Positions 17,600-27,401 of a stretch of 64,000 bases of DNA are shown one piece after another. Made by a program: the position numbers and the translations under genes. A model generated the notes under the pieces. The model did not search any database. It saw nothing but the letters and a program-made list of their open reading frames with translations, and was not told the DNA's origin. This DNA comes from Candidatus Multivorans sp. (GTDB lineage: Bacteria > Acidobacteriota > Thermoanaerobaculia > Multivoradales > Multivoraceae), in assembly GCA_965224025.1 (NCBI GenBank), contig OZ245033.1:4672001-4736000 (forward strand). Reading direction: 5' to 3'. The stretch's first letter is position 1, and every line of letters starts with the position of its first letter.

Positions 17600-19771
17600 C
17601 TACACCCCAGCGCGGTCGAGCAGGAAGGCGTACACCAACGCCGTCTCGCGGTAGCGGTCGTAGCGCCCGGAAGCGCCGCCGTGGCCGGCGCTCATGTTCG
17701 TCTTCAGCAGCAGCAGGTTGTCGTCCGTCTTCTTCGCGCGCAGCCGGGCCACCCACTTCGCGGGCTCCCAGTACTGGACCTGGGAGTCGTGCAGACCCGT
17801 GGTCACAAGCATGTGCGGGTAGTCCTTCGGCTCGACGTTGTCGTACGGCGAGTAGGAGAGCATGTAGTCGTAGTACTCGCGCTGCCTGGGGTCCCCCCAC
17901 TCGTCCCACTCGAAGGTCGTCAGCGGGATGCTCGCGTCGAGCATCGTGGTCACGACATCGACGAACGGCACCTGCGCCACGATGCCGCCCCAGAGGTCCG
18001 GCCGCATCGTGAACACGGCGCCCATCAGGAGCCCTCCGGCGCTTCCGCCCATCGCGTAGATCCGATCCGGATCGGCGTAGCCCTCGGCCGCCAGATGCTC
18101 GGCGGCGGCGATGAAGTCGGTGAAGGTGTTCTTCTTGTTCAGCAGCTTGCCGTCTTCGTACCAGTAGCGCCCCATCTCCTCGCCGCCCCGAATGTGCGCG
18201 ATGGCGTAGACGAAGCCGCGGTCGAGCAGGCTCAGTCGCAGCGAACTGAATCCCGCGTCCATGCTGGCGCCGTAGGAGCCGTAGCCGTAGAGGAGCAGGG
18301 GGCCGCCGCCCTCGGCCGGACGCAGATCGGACCGGTAGACGACGGACACCGGCACTTCCGTGCCGTCCGAGGCGACCGCCCAGAGCCGTTCGGTCCGGTA
18401 GTCGGCGGAGTCGAAGCCGCCCAGCACCCGGTCCTGCTTGCGCAGGGTCTTCTCCCGCCTGGCAGGGTCGTAGTCGAACACGGATCGCGGCGTGGTCAGC
18501 GACTGGTAGACGTAGCGCAAGGTGCCGGAGGCCGGATCGGGGTTGAGGCCGAGCCCCGCGGAGTAGGCCGGTTCGCCGAAGTCCAGGTCGTGACCCTCGA
18601 CGCCGCCGCCGCCCACCTCTTCGATGCGCAACTGGTTCAGGCCGCCGCGACGTTCGGACAGCACCAGGAAGCGATCGAACAGCCCGAAACCCTCGAGCAG
18701 CACGTCGTCGCGATGCGGCCGCTCCTCGCGCCAGGCGGCGCGGCCGGTCTCATCCTCGGCGGTCGACATGAGGCGGAAGTTCGGCGCTTCGTCGTTCGTG
18801 CGCACCCAGAAGCGGTCCCCCAGGTGGTCGACACCGTACTCGTGCCGCTCGCCCCGCGGCTCGAAGACCGCGAAGTCGCCGTCGGGGTCGTCGGCGCGCA
18901 GGATGCGCACTTCGGTACGCAGCGTGTGGCTCGAGACCGCCATCACGTACTTGCGGGACTGGCTGCGCCGCAGGAAGACGCTGAAGGTCTCGTCCGGCTC
19001 TTGGTAGACCAGGTCGTCGGCGGATTCGGACCCCAACCGGTGCCGGAACACCTGGTAGGAGCGCAGCGTGTCCGGATCCTGGCGAACGTAGAACAGGGTC
19101 GCGCTGTCGGCGGCCCAGGCCAGGTTCGCGGTTACGTCGGGGATCTCGTCCGGCAGCGTCTCGCCGGTCGACAGATCCTTGAAGCGGACGGTGTAGAAGC
19201 GCCGCCCCACGTCGTCGACGGCATAGGCCAGGATGCGGTGGTCCGGGCTGACCGACGGACGAACGGAGGTGTACTCCTTGCCCTCGGCGATCTCGTTCAC
19301 GTCGACCAGGACTTTCTCCGCCTCCGGACCGGCGGCGCCGCCGAACACATCGCCGTCCGCCGGCCGGCGGCAGTGGATCGGGTACTGCTTCCCCTCCTCG
19401 TAGCGGGTGTAGTACCAGTAGTCGCCGTCACGGTAGGGCACCGACGAATCGTCCTCGACGATGCGGCCGCGGATCTCCTCGAACAGCTCCTCCTGCAGCT
19501 TCCCGGTGTGCGCCATGACGCCATCGAGATAGGCGTTCTCCGCCTCGAGGTAGGCGATGACTTCCGGATCTTCCCGCTCCCGAAGCCAGTAGTACTCGTC
19601 GACCCGCACGTCGCCGTGGGTCTCGAGTTCGTGCGGACGCGCCGCGGCCATCGGCGGCTCGCCCGGGCTGGCCGCCGGAGCGGCGCAGGAGGTCACGGCG
19701 AGGGCGGACGCCACGAGCGCGGCAGCAATCGGGATTCTGGTTCGGAACGCTCTTGTTCGTGTCTTTTGCAT
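17600..19771 (-). CDS. ptrB: Oligopeptidase B (S9A), with lipoprotein signal
   Basis: 'D.YYWLR', 'LLYGYGSYG', 'GGSAGG' nucleophile, 'HDSQVQYWEPAKW', 'AGHGG'. Confidence 0.93.
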   Translation of the reverse strand: MQKTRTRAFRTRIPIAAALVASALAVTSCAAPAASPGEPPMAAARPHELETHGDVRVDEYYWLREREDPEVIAYLEAENAYLDGVMAHTGKLQEELFEEIRGRIVEDDSSVPYRDGDYWYYTRYEEGKQYPIHCRRPADGDVFGGAAGPEAEKVLVDVNEIAEGKEYTSVRPSVSPDHRILAYAVDDVGRRFYTVRFKDLSTGETLPDEIPDVTANLAWAADSATLFYVRQDPDTLRSYQVFRHRLGSESADDLVYQEPDETFSVFLRRSQSRKYVMAVSSHTLRTEVRILRADDPDGDFAVFEPRGERHEYGVDHLGDRFWVRTNDEAPNFRLMSTAEDETGRAAWREERPHRDDVLLEGFGLFDRFLVLSERRGGLNQLRIEEVGGGGVEGHDLDFGEPAYSAGLGLNPDPASGTLRYVYQSLTTPRSVFDYDPARREKTLRKQDRVLGGFDSADYRTERLWAVASDGTEVPVSVVYRSDLRPAEGGGPLLLYGYGSYGASMDAGFSSLRLSLLDRGFVYAIAHIRGGEEMGRYWYEDGKLLNKKNTFTDFIAAAEHLAAEGYADPDRIYAMGGSAGGLLMGAVFTMRPDLWGGIVAQVPFVDVVTTMLDASIPLTTFEWDEWGDPRQREYYDYMLSYSPYDNVEPKDYPHMLVTTGLHDSQVQYWEPAKWVARLRAKKTDDNLLLLKTNMSAGHGGASGRYDRYRETALVYAFLLDRAGV

Positions 19772-19790
19772 GGGTAGGTGAGTCTAGCCA

Positions 19791-20729
19791 TCAACTTCGT
19801 TCCCACAGAAGAATGGCCGCAAAGAGATCTTCGAGCGCGGCGCCGACGGACTTGAACAGGGTGATCTCCTCGCCATCCCTGCGTCCGCCGTGCTCGCCGC
19901 GGCACAGCTCGTAGAGGTCCGCGGCCACGTCCTCCGGAACAAGGGCGCCCGACTCAATCGGCTGGGTCAGGTCGCCCCCCTCCACCAGAGCGCCGGCCCG
20001 GGTGTCGACGAAGACGGTCGAACGGCGCATCGCCTCGTCGTCCGTCTCGCGCATGGCCGGCGTGAAGCCGCCGACCAGGTCCACGTGGACGCCGGGCTGC
20101 AGCCATGAACCGAGCACCAGGGGCGCCGTCGCCAGGGTCGCGGTGCTGACGATGTCCGCCTCGCGCACGGCCGCCTCCAGATCAACAGCCGTCCCGGTCC
20201 CCAGTCCTTGAAGCAATGGCGAACGGGACGCCGCCACCGCCTTCTCGGGCCGGCGTCCCCAGAACTCGATCTCGAGTTCAGGCCGCGCCGCCGCGTGCGC
20301 GGCCGCCAGATGGTGTGCCAGATTTCCCGTGCCGACCACCAGCAGCCGCCGGGCATCGGAGCGCGCCAGGAACTTCGACGCCAGCGCCGAGGCGGCCGCC
20401 GTGCGCCGCAGGGTCAGTTCCAGGCCGTCGATCAACGCCAGCGGCTCGCCGGTCACCGTCGAGGACAGGATGTAGCTGGCCTGCACCGCCCCCAGACCGC
20501 GGGAAACGTTGCCCGGAAACACCGTCGCCACCTTGACCCCCAGGTAGCCGCCCGCGGTCCACGCCGGCATCAGCAGCAGCGTAGCCTCCGGATCGCCGGC
20601 CGGCGTGGCGACGCCATGATGATGGCGCACCGGCATCTCGCAGCCGTCGTGGAAGCCCCGTTCCAGGGCCTCCACCACGACGCCCCAGGGCAGCAGTTCG
20701 GCGGTCTTGGCGGCGTCGAAGATCTTCAT
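19791..20729 (-). CDS. Ornithine cyclodeaminase/mu-crystallin family protein
   Basis: 'LLLMPAW', 'RRTAAASALA', 'ITLFKSVGAALED'. Confidence 0.9.
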   Translation of the reverse strand: MKIFDAAKTAELLPWGVVVEALERGFHDGCEMPVRHHHGVATPAGDPEATLLLMPAWTAGGYLGVKVATVFPGNVSRGLGAVQASYILSSTVTGEPLALIDGLELTLRRTAAASALASKFLARSDARRLLVVGTGNLAHHLAAAHAAARPELEIEFWGRRPEKAVAASRSPLLQGLGTGTAVDLEAAVREADIVSTATLATAPLVLGSWLQPGVHVDLVGGFTPAMRETDDEAMRRSTVFVDTRAGALVEGGDLTQPIESGALVPEDVAADLYELCRGEHGGRRDGEEITLFKSVGAALEDLFAAILLWERS

Positions 20730-20757
20730 ACGAATGCGGAGGATAGTCTCATCCGCC

Positions 20758-21501
20758 ATGGACCATCTCGGAGAGCTTGAACAGAACGGTTACGTGATCC
20801 TGGAAGGGGCTCTGGAGCGGCGGCAGGTCGACGCTCTTCGCCGCGAACTCGAACCCCACCTCGACCGCCGACTGTTCGGTCGCAACCCGTTCGAGGGACA
20901 CAGCACGCAGCGGGTCTACGGTCTGCTCTCCAAGTCGCGCCTGTTCGACCCCCTCGTCGAGCATCCGGCGGTGATGGCCGCCTGCGAGAGCACCCTGGGA
21001 GCCGGCTTCCTGCTCTCCGTGGCCCACGCCATCCTGATCCACCCGGGCGAGGCGGCCCAGAGCCTCCACCACGACGATTCGTTCTACCCCCTGCCCCGGC
21101 CCCGCCAGGCGCTCGGCGTGAGCACGATCTGGGCGCTCGACGACTTCACCGAGGACAACGGCGCCACCCGCATCGTGCCCCGCAGCCACCGCTGGAACGG
21201 CGAGAAACCCGAAGAGTCGGCGGCGCGGCCGGTCATCATGCCGGCCGGCTCGCTGCTCATCTTCCTCGGCACCCTCTACCACGGCGGAGGCGAGAACCGC
21301 TCGGCCGGAACGCGCCTCGGCCTGACCATCCAGTACTGCCCGCCGTGGGCGCGCCAGCAGGAGAACTTCATCCTCGGGGTCCCCGCGGATGAGGTTCCCA
21401 GAATGTCTCCCAGGATCCAGGAGCTGATCGGCTACGGCATCCATCCTCCGTTCATGGGCCACGTAGACGGCCGCCACCCGCGGAAGGCGCTCCAAACATG
21501 A
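20758..21501 (+). CDS. Phytanoyl-CoA dioxygenase (PhyH) family 2OG-Fe(II) oxygenase
   Basis: 'Q.LHHDD', 'WALDDFTEDNGAT', 'HGGG.N', 'RQQEN'. Confidence 0.9.
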   Translation: MDHLGELEQNGYVILEGALERRQVDALRRELEPHLDRRLFGRNPFEGHSTQRVYGLLSKSRLFDPLVEHPAVMAACESTLGAGFLLSVAHAILIHPGEAAQSLHHDDSFYPLPRPRQALGVSTIWALDDFTEDNGATRIVPRSHRWNGEKPEESAARPVIMPAGSLLIFLGTLYHGGGENRSAGTRLGLTIQYCPPWARQQENFILGVPADEVPRMSPRIQELIGYGIHPPFMGHVDGRHPRKALQT

Positions 21502-23123
21502 AGAAGTTCCAGTTCCTGTTCGGCCTGCTGACCACCCTGGCCCTTGCCGCGGCCTGCGGCGCCCCGGCCGATGGGCCCGAAGGCGAGGCATCCACGGACG
21601 AACCCGCGGCCGCCGTCCCCGAAGGCGCGCCCAAACTCGTCCTCCTGATCGCCGTCGATCAGATGCGAGCCGACTACCTGGAGCGCTTCGGCCCCCTGCT
21701 CACGGACGGCCTGGCCCGGCTTCTCCGCGAGGGCGTCGCCTTCACCGACGCCCACCACTTCCACGCCGCCACCGAGACCGCCCCCGGCCACGCCACCCTG
21801 GCCACGGGTGCGTTCCCCAAGCGGCACGGGATCATCGGCAACGGCTGGTTCGACCGGGAGACCGGCGACGAGGCGTACTGCTGCGGCGACCCGGACCACG
21901 GCGTGTCGCCGCGCAACATGCTCGTCCCGGCCCTGGGCGATCTGCTCAAGGCCGCCTGGCCGCAGTCCAAGGTCTTCTCCGCCAGCGGCAAGGACCGGGC
22001 GGCGATCCTGATGGGCGGACACCACGCCGACGGCGCCTGGTGGTACAGCCGCGCGACAGGGAGTTGGGTGACGTCGACCTACTACGGCGACGCGGACTCC
22101 CAGCCCGAGTGGCTCGACGATTTCAACGCCCAGAGCCGCCTCGACCTGCTCTTCGGCACCGCTTGGGCGCCGCTGCTGCCGATCGAGCACACCGCGGCCT
22201 ACGACATCGAGCCGCTCGACCGCGGTCTGTTCGCGAACACCTTCCCGCACGCCCTGGGCGGCTACACCGTCGAACGGTCGGCGTTCTATGCCTCCATCTA
22301 CCGGTCGCCCTTCCTCGACGGCTACCTCGAGGACTTCGCGGAGACCCTGATCGAGGCGGAGGATCTCGGCGCCGACGACGTCCCCGACCTGCTTGCGCTC
22401 AGCTTCTCGGCGCTCGACACGGTCGGCCACGGCTTCGGCCCGAACGCCCCGGAGACCCTGGACACGATCCTGCGGCTCGACCGGACGATCGGCGAACTGT
22501 TCGACTTCATCGACGACAAGATCGGCATGGAAAACGTGGTCGTCGCGCTCTCCGCCGACCACGGCGTCGGCATCGTGCCGGAACTGGTGGTCCGCGACGG
22601 CGGCGAGGGCGGCCGTTTCGGCGCCGAGCAGACGCTCTGCCTGCAGCGGCTGCTGGCGCGGCTCGAAGAACGCTTCGGCGACGGCGAGTTCCTGCTCGAC
22701 ACCTTCTATCTCGACGACGAGGCCATCGCCGCGGCCGGCGCCGACCGGACGGCGGTCGAGGACGAGATCATCGAGGCGATGGGCAACTGCCCGCTGATCG
22801 CCGAAGTCGTCCGGCCCGCCGAACTCGACCCGGCCGATCCCCTCCACGAGCTCTACCTGAACAGCTACCACGCGAGCCGCAGCGGCGATCTGATCGCCGT
22901 GCCGGCGCCCAACGTGCTGCCGGCGCCGTTCACGGCCGTCACCGCCAGCCACGGCTCGCCGCACGGCTATGACACCCACGTGCCGCTGATCATCCGCCGT
23001 CAGGACGGCGCCGGCCGCGTGGTCACGGAGCGCGCCAACACGATCGATCTTGCACCCAGCCTGGCTACGATCCTGGGACTCGACTTCGACGGATTCGACG
23101 GCGTCGACCGGCTGACCGAGTGA
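21498..23123 (+). CDS. Alkaline phosphatase superfamily protein (PafA/NPP-like), lipoprotein
   Basis: 'VDQMRADY', 'TETAPGHATLATG', 'KDRAAI', 'SADHG', 'HGSPHGYDTHVP'. Confidence 0.9.
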   Translation: MKKFQFLFGLLTTLALAAACGAPADGPEGEASTDEPAAAVPEGAPKLVLLIAVDQMRADYLERFGPLLTDGLARLLREGVAFTDAHHFHAATETAPGHATLATGAFPKRHGIIGNGWFDRETGDEAYCCGDPDHGVSPRNMLVPALGDLLKAAWPQSKVFSASGKDRAAILMGGHHADGAWWYSRATGSWVTSTYYGDADSQPEWLDDFNAQSRLDLLFGTAWAPLLPIEHTAAYDIEPLDRGLFANTFPHALGGYTVERSAFYASIYRSPFLDGYLEDFAETLIEAEDLGADDVPDLLALSFSALDTVGHGFGPNAPETLDTILRLDRTIGELFDFIDDKIGMENVVVALSADHGVGIVPELVVRDGGEGGRFGAEQTLCLQRLLARLEERFGDGEFLLDTFYLDDEAIAAAGADRTAVEDEIIEAMGNCPLIAEVVRPAELDPADPLHELYLNSYHASRSGDLIAVPAPNVLPAPFTAVTASHGSPHGYDTHVPLIIRRQDGAGRVVTERANTIDLAPSLATILGLDFDGFDGVDRLTE

Positions 23124-24205
23124 GTCGATTGGCCGACCCAATGAGGACGACCTTCATGCCCAGTACCACCACACCCGCGCCGATGGCCAGGGTTCGAACC
23201 GCGGCCGCGGCCACCGTCTGCCTGACGGCAGCCTTCCTCACGGCCTGCCAGGCGGAGGCGCAGACCTACGCGGAGAAGCTCGGCTTCCCCGCCGGCGCCC
23301 GCGCCGTCATCCTGCACGTCGACGACGCCGGCATGTCGCACGACTCGAACGTCGGCGCCTTCCGCTCCATCCTCGACGGCGTCGCGAACTCGATGAGCGT
23401 GATGATGCCCTGCCCGTGGGTGCCCGAGCTGGTGCGGGGCCTCAAGGAGAACCCGGGGATCGACGCCGGCCTCCACGTGACCCTGACCGCCGAGTGGGAC
23501 GACTACCGCTGGGGTCCCCTCGTGGGCCGGGAAGCGGCGCCCGGCCTGGTCGATCCGGAGGGAGCCCTGTGGTCGAGCGTCGCCGAGGTCGCCGCCAACG
23601 CGACCCCCGACGAAGTGGAGGCCGAGGTCCGCGAACAGATCAACCGCGCCCGCACGATGGGTTTCGAACCGACCCATCTCGACTCCCACATGGGCACCCT
23701 CTTCGCCACGATGGACTTCCTCGAGCGCTACATCGCGGTCGGTCTCGACGAGGGCATCCCGCTCATGTTCCCGGGCGGCCACAACACGATCCTCAAAGCG
23801 CAGTACGAGGCCCAGGGGCGGGACACGCCGCCGGGTCTTGGCCGCGCGACCGAACTCGGCCAGCGCATCTGGGACGGCGGCCTGCCGGTTCTCGACGACC
23901 TCCACAACCTGAGCTACGGCTGGGTCCCCGAGAGCGGCCCCGACGCCACGGACGAGGAACTCCTGGAGTACAAGGTCGAGCGCTACATCCAGGGCCTGCG
24001 CGATCTCCGCCCCGGAGTCACGATGGTCATCATGCACTCCACCGATCCAAGCGAGAACTTCAAGTACATCTCCAGTTCCGGCCCCAGCCGCAAGGGCGAC
24101 ATGCTGGCTATGCTCGACCCCCGCCTCAGGCAGGCGATCGAGGAGGAGGGGCTGGTCCTGACCACCTTCCGCGAACTGAAGGAAAGGCGGGACCGCGTCG
24201 AGTAG
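23120..24205 (+). CDS. YdjC/ChbG-family carbohydrate deacetylase; start may lie slightly downstream
   Basis: 'ILHVDDAGMSH', 'GLHVTLT.EW', 'PTHLDSHM'. Confidence 0.85.
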   Translation: MSRLADPMRTTFMPSTTTPAPMARVRTAAAATVCLTAAFLTACQAEAQTYAEKLGFPAGARAVILHVDDAGMSHDSNVGAFRSILDGVANSMSVMMPCPWVPELVRGLKENPGIDAGLHVTLTAEWDDYRWGPLVGREAAPGLVDPEGALWSSVAEVAANATPDEVEAEVREQINRARTMGFEPTHLDSHMGTLFATMDFLERYIAVGLDEGIPLMFPGGHNTILKAQYEAQGRDTPPGLGRATELGQRIWDGGLPVLDDLHNLSYGWVPESGPDATDEELLEYKVERYIQGLRDLRPGVTMVIMHSTDPSENFKYISSSGPSRKGDMLAMLDPRLRQAIEEEGLVLTTFRELKERRDRVE

Positions 24206-24248
24206 CAGACGGGTGCTCCGTAGCGCCGGCGATTATTCCGCCGAAGAG

Positions 24249-24485
24249 ATGGCGGCGGCCTGGTTGATTCAGGCGAAGCGGTTGCTCGACTCAGCCGACT
24301 TGCCGACCCACCTGGCGACGGTTCGATCAACTGAGGTGGAACCTCTGGCCACGATTCAGCTTCCCGCTGAGACGGCCAACACCGTCCTCGAGTGGGCACT
24401 CGAAGCGGCGACCCGGGTACTTCGAGGCGAACCCCAGCCTTCCGACGCCGAGGTCTACAAGGCTGCTCGGGCCCTACCGCGCTAG
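24249..24485 (+). CDS. Small hypothetical protein or gene fragment
   Basis: Short ORF with protein-like composition; no recognised motif. Confidence 0.35.
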   Translation: MAAAWLIQAKRLLDSADLPTHLATVRSTEVEPLATIQLPAETANTVLEWALEAATRVLRGEPQPSDAEVYKAARALPR

Positions 24486-24504
24486 GCAAGGCCCGAGACT
24501 CGCG

Positions 24505-24565
24505 CTCGCCGCTTCGCGGCGTCGCGCCTGATGCGGGCCGGAAGGCCCGCGCACCCAGAGATACG
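24505..24565 (+). repeat. REP-like palindromic element (subtype B)
   Basis: ctcgccgcttcgcggc...tgatgcgggccggaaggcccgcgcacccagagatacg; near-identical inverted copy at 42194-42254. Confidence 0.85.
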
Positions 24566-24702
24566 CCTCAGGTGCGGCGAGGTTCTCTACATGCGGATGA
24601 CATGACACCGCTGCGGGCGTTGCGGACCAGAAAGTACCCCAGAGGCAAGTCGGTGCTCGAGCTTCCGCGTCAGGCCCCTCGGCACCGACGTCCAGCCCAG
24701 TC

Positions 24703-24862
24703 GGGTCAGGAGGGGTCGGCTCCCAGGTGCCTCTGAACGAGCGACGGCCGGCGCCCTCCCAGCAACCGACGCCCAACCGGAGCGAGTGAAGCGGAGTGAG
24801 TGCAACCCCTCCCATCTCCTCTCAAGCGCTCACGTCAACTGGGAGCCGACCCCTCCTGACCC
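24703..24862. repeat. Perfect 24-bp inverted repeat enclosing 112 bp (MITE-like)
   Basis: gggtcaggaggggtcggctcccag (24703-24726) and ctgggagccgacccctcctgaccc (24839-24862). Confidence 0.85.
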
Positions 24863-24909
24863 AAGACGGGCGGGTGCGTCCTCCGCCGCGCGCGCCGTCG
24901 CCGGCACAG

Positions 24910-25752
24910 CTAGCTCGCGATGCGCTGGAAGTTCGGCGGCCGGCGCTCGACGAAGGAGGCGACGCCCTCCTTGAAGTCGTCGCGCTGCAGGCTTTCGGCC
25001 ATCAACTGGTTCGACTCGCGCAGCGCGTCGCCGGTGTCCATCATCAGGTGGCGGTAGACCTGCTGCTTGATGACCTTGAGCGAAAGCGGCGCGGAGCGCT
25101 CCGCCAGGGCCTTGATGTAGTTCCGGGCCTCGGGGACGACCTGGTCATGCGGCACGGAACGGTTGACGACGCCCATCTGGGCGGCTTCCGGGCCGTAGAA
25201 CTTGCGTCCCGTCCACAGGATGTCGAGCGCGTTGGACGGCCCGGCGACGCGCGGCAGGATCCAGCTCAGGCCGTGCTCGGCGATCAGTCCGCGGTTGACG
25301 AAGGCGGAGGCGAAAACGGCGCGATCGGACGCGATGCGGATGTCGCATAGCATCGCGACGGCGAAACCGAGACCCGCGCAGGGGCCGTTGATCGCGGCGA
25401 CGATCGGCTTGCGCACCGCCATCAGGTAGTTGAATGTGACGCCGAAATTCTCGGCGCCCATTTCCTCGATCGCACCGGCCTGCGCGTCTTCGAACGTGTT
25501 GCCGCCGCCGCTGCCGCCCTCGCCGCGGCTCGTGGCCTGGAGGCCCTTCATGTCCGCGCCGGCGCAGAAACCGCGCCCGGCGCCGGTGAGCAGGATGCCG
25601 ACCACCCGCTCGTCCCGCTCGGCGGCCGCCATCGCGTGCTTCATTTCGGCCATCATGCTGCCGGTGATCGCGTTCAGTTGCTCCGGCCGGTTGAGAGTGA
25701 TCGTGGCGATGGGATCGTCCACGTCGTACTTGATGAGTTCGTACTCGGTCAT
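24910..25752 (-). CDS. Enoyl-CoA hydratase/isomerase family protein
   Basis: 'TLNRPEQLNA', 'GRGFCAGAD', 'KPIVAAINGPCAG', 'DFKEGVASF.ERRPP.F'. Confidence 0.92.
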   Translation of the reverse strand: MTEYELIKYDVDDPIATITLNRPEQLNAITGSMMAEMKHAMAAAERDERVVGILLTGAGRGFCAGADMKGLQATSRGEGGSGGGNTFEDAQAGAIEEMGAENFGVTFNYLMAVRKPIVAAINGPCAGLGFAVAMLCDIRIASDRAVFASAFVNRGLIAEHGLSWILPRVAGPSNALDILWTGRKFYGPEAAQMGVVNRSVPHDQVVPEARNYIKALAERSAPLSLKVIKQQVYRHLMMDTGDALRESNQLMAESLQRDDFKEGVASFVERRPPNFQRIAS

Positions 25753-25816
25753 GCCTTGGACTCCAGCCGCTGTTCAAAGTGAGCGGCCAAGAGTAGCGCA
25801 AACCGGTCGGCCGCCA

Positions 25817-25884
25817 AGCCCGCATATTTCACCGAGGTCCGTAGCGAGGGCGTGGAGGCGCGACATCCCTCAAATATGCGGGCT
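25817..25884. promoter_or_regulatory. Perfect 13-bp inverted repeat in a divergent intergenic region
   Basis: agcccgcatattt (25817-25829) and aaatatgcgggct (25872-25884); function not established. Confidence 0.45.
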
Positions 25885-25932
25885 AACATGGCCAAGCGCC
25901 CTGGAACGCACACCGCGTCGAAGGAGAACGTC

Positions 25933-26769
25933 ATGCCTCGAACTTCAACAGCGGGCGGCGACTGTCGCACGGCAACGCCGGCACCGGTTGCTCTGGTCGC
26001 CTCAGCACTCTTCGTGGCCTGCGCCGGCCCCGAGCCCGAACCGGCGCCCCGCCCCCAACCCCCGCCGGGCACCTCCGAACGGCTCGACATCGTCAATCGC
26101 GCCATCGAGCACCACGGCGGCGAGCTGTTCGAGCAGTCCCGGGTCAGGCTGACGGTGGCTTCCCGTTCCGGGAGTTTCGACGTCGACTCGATGGCCGACG
26201 GCGACCGCTTCGAGCAGCGGATCCGCGCCTCGAACGGCAGCGACGAGCGGGAGTACCGGCGCGACAACACGGCGCTGGAGGTGACCGAGGGCGGTCAGCC
26301 GATGGAAATGGACGAAACGCGACACGCCCGCGCCGAGAGCTACGTCAACCAGCGCATGTACTTCCTCTTCCTGCCCTACAAGCTGAACGATCCGGGCGCC
26401 TACAAGGAGGATCAGGGCCTCGAGGAGTGGAACGGCCGCCAACTGCACCGCGTCCGGGTCACCTTCCAACCCGGCGCCAGCGACGGCGCGGACAGCGCTT
26501 ACGTCTACTGGTTCGATCCCCAGACCGCCCGCCTCGAGCAGTTCGCGTACGACTACAGCGAAGGCACCGGCCTCCGCTTCCGGGTGCTGACGAACTACCG
26601 GCGGATCGGCGGCCTGCTATTCTACGACGCGGACAACTACGGCTTGAACACCCGCGACGGCGGTCTGACCGTCGACGACATCAACCCGGTCTACGTCGAG
26701 GAGGAGCTGCCCCTCGTGTCGCGGATCGAACTGCGCGACATAGCCGTGGAACGGACCGGCGTCAGTTGA
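25933..26769 (+). CDS. Hypothetical lipoprotein (DUF6503-like)
   Basis: AAGGAG RBS; FVAC lipobox; 'AIEHHGG', 'YFLFLPYKLNDPG'. Confidence 0.7.
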   Translation: MPRTSTAGGDCRTATPAPVALVASALFVACAGPEPEPAPRPQPPPGTSERLDIVNRAIEHHGGELFEQSRVRLTVASRSGSFDVDSMADGDRFEQRIRASNGSDEREYRRDNTALEVTEGGQPMEMDETRHARAESYVNQRMYFLFLPYKLNDPGAYKEDQGLEEWNGRQLHRVRVTFQPGASDGADSAYVYWFDPQTARLEQFAYDYSEGTGLRFRVLTNYRRIGGLLFYDADNYGLNTRDGGLTVDDINPVYVEEELPLVSRIELRDIAVERTGVS

Positions 26770-27239
26770 CGGTGCGCCGCGCCACCGCCATAGCCGGGCT
26801 CGCCGCACTCCTGCTGCTCGCCTCCTGCGAACCGCCGGCGCTCGAGGAACCGGCCCCGGAATTCGACCCTCAGACCGTCGCGGCGGCGGTGCTCGAGGTT
26901 CTCGACATGCAGGTGGACGCCTGGAACGAGGGCGACATCGACGGCTTCATGGCCGGCTATCTGAACAGCGACGAACTGCGATTCGCCTCGGGCAACGAGG
27001 TCCATCGCGGCTGGAGACAGACCCGTCAGCGGTACCACGCGAGGTACCCCGACCGCGCCGCGATGGGAACGCTCGCCTTCGAGAACCTGGACGTGCGCGT
27101 ACTCTCCGAACACGCCGCCATGGTCTTCGGCCGCTTCCGGCTGACCCGCAAGGCCGACGAACCGACCGGGCTGTTCACCCTGCTGCTCGAGCAGCACGGC
27201 GAGCGGTGGTTGATCGTCGCCGACCACACGTCGCAGTAA
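26766..27239 (+). CDS. NTF2-like/DUF4440 family lipoprotein
   Basis: 'Q..AWNEGDIDGFMAGY', 'MGTLAF', 'GLFTL', 'W.IVADHTS'; LASC lipobox. Confidence 0.85.
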   Translation: MTVRRATAIAGLAALLLLASCEPPALEEPAPEFDPQTVAAAVLEVLDMQVDAWNEGDIDGFMAGYLNSDELRFASGNEVHRGWRQTRQRYHARYPDRAAMGTLAFENLDVRVLSEHAAMVFGRFRLTRKADEPTGLFTLLLEQHGERWLIVADHTSQ

Positions 27240-27401
27240 CCTCTTCACACGCGTCGCGTAGACTCAGCGCTCGGTGCGGTCGCGGCGCGTTCGCCGATTC
27301 GATGCCCCGGTCACCCGGCGAGGCTTCGAACCGCGCGCACCCTGAGCCCCTCTGCCTGAGATGAAACCAAGGCGGTTTCGCCTGCACTGGTAACGAAGAC
27401 G

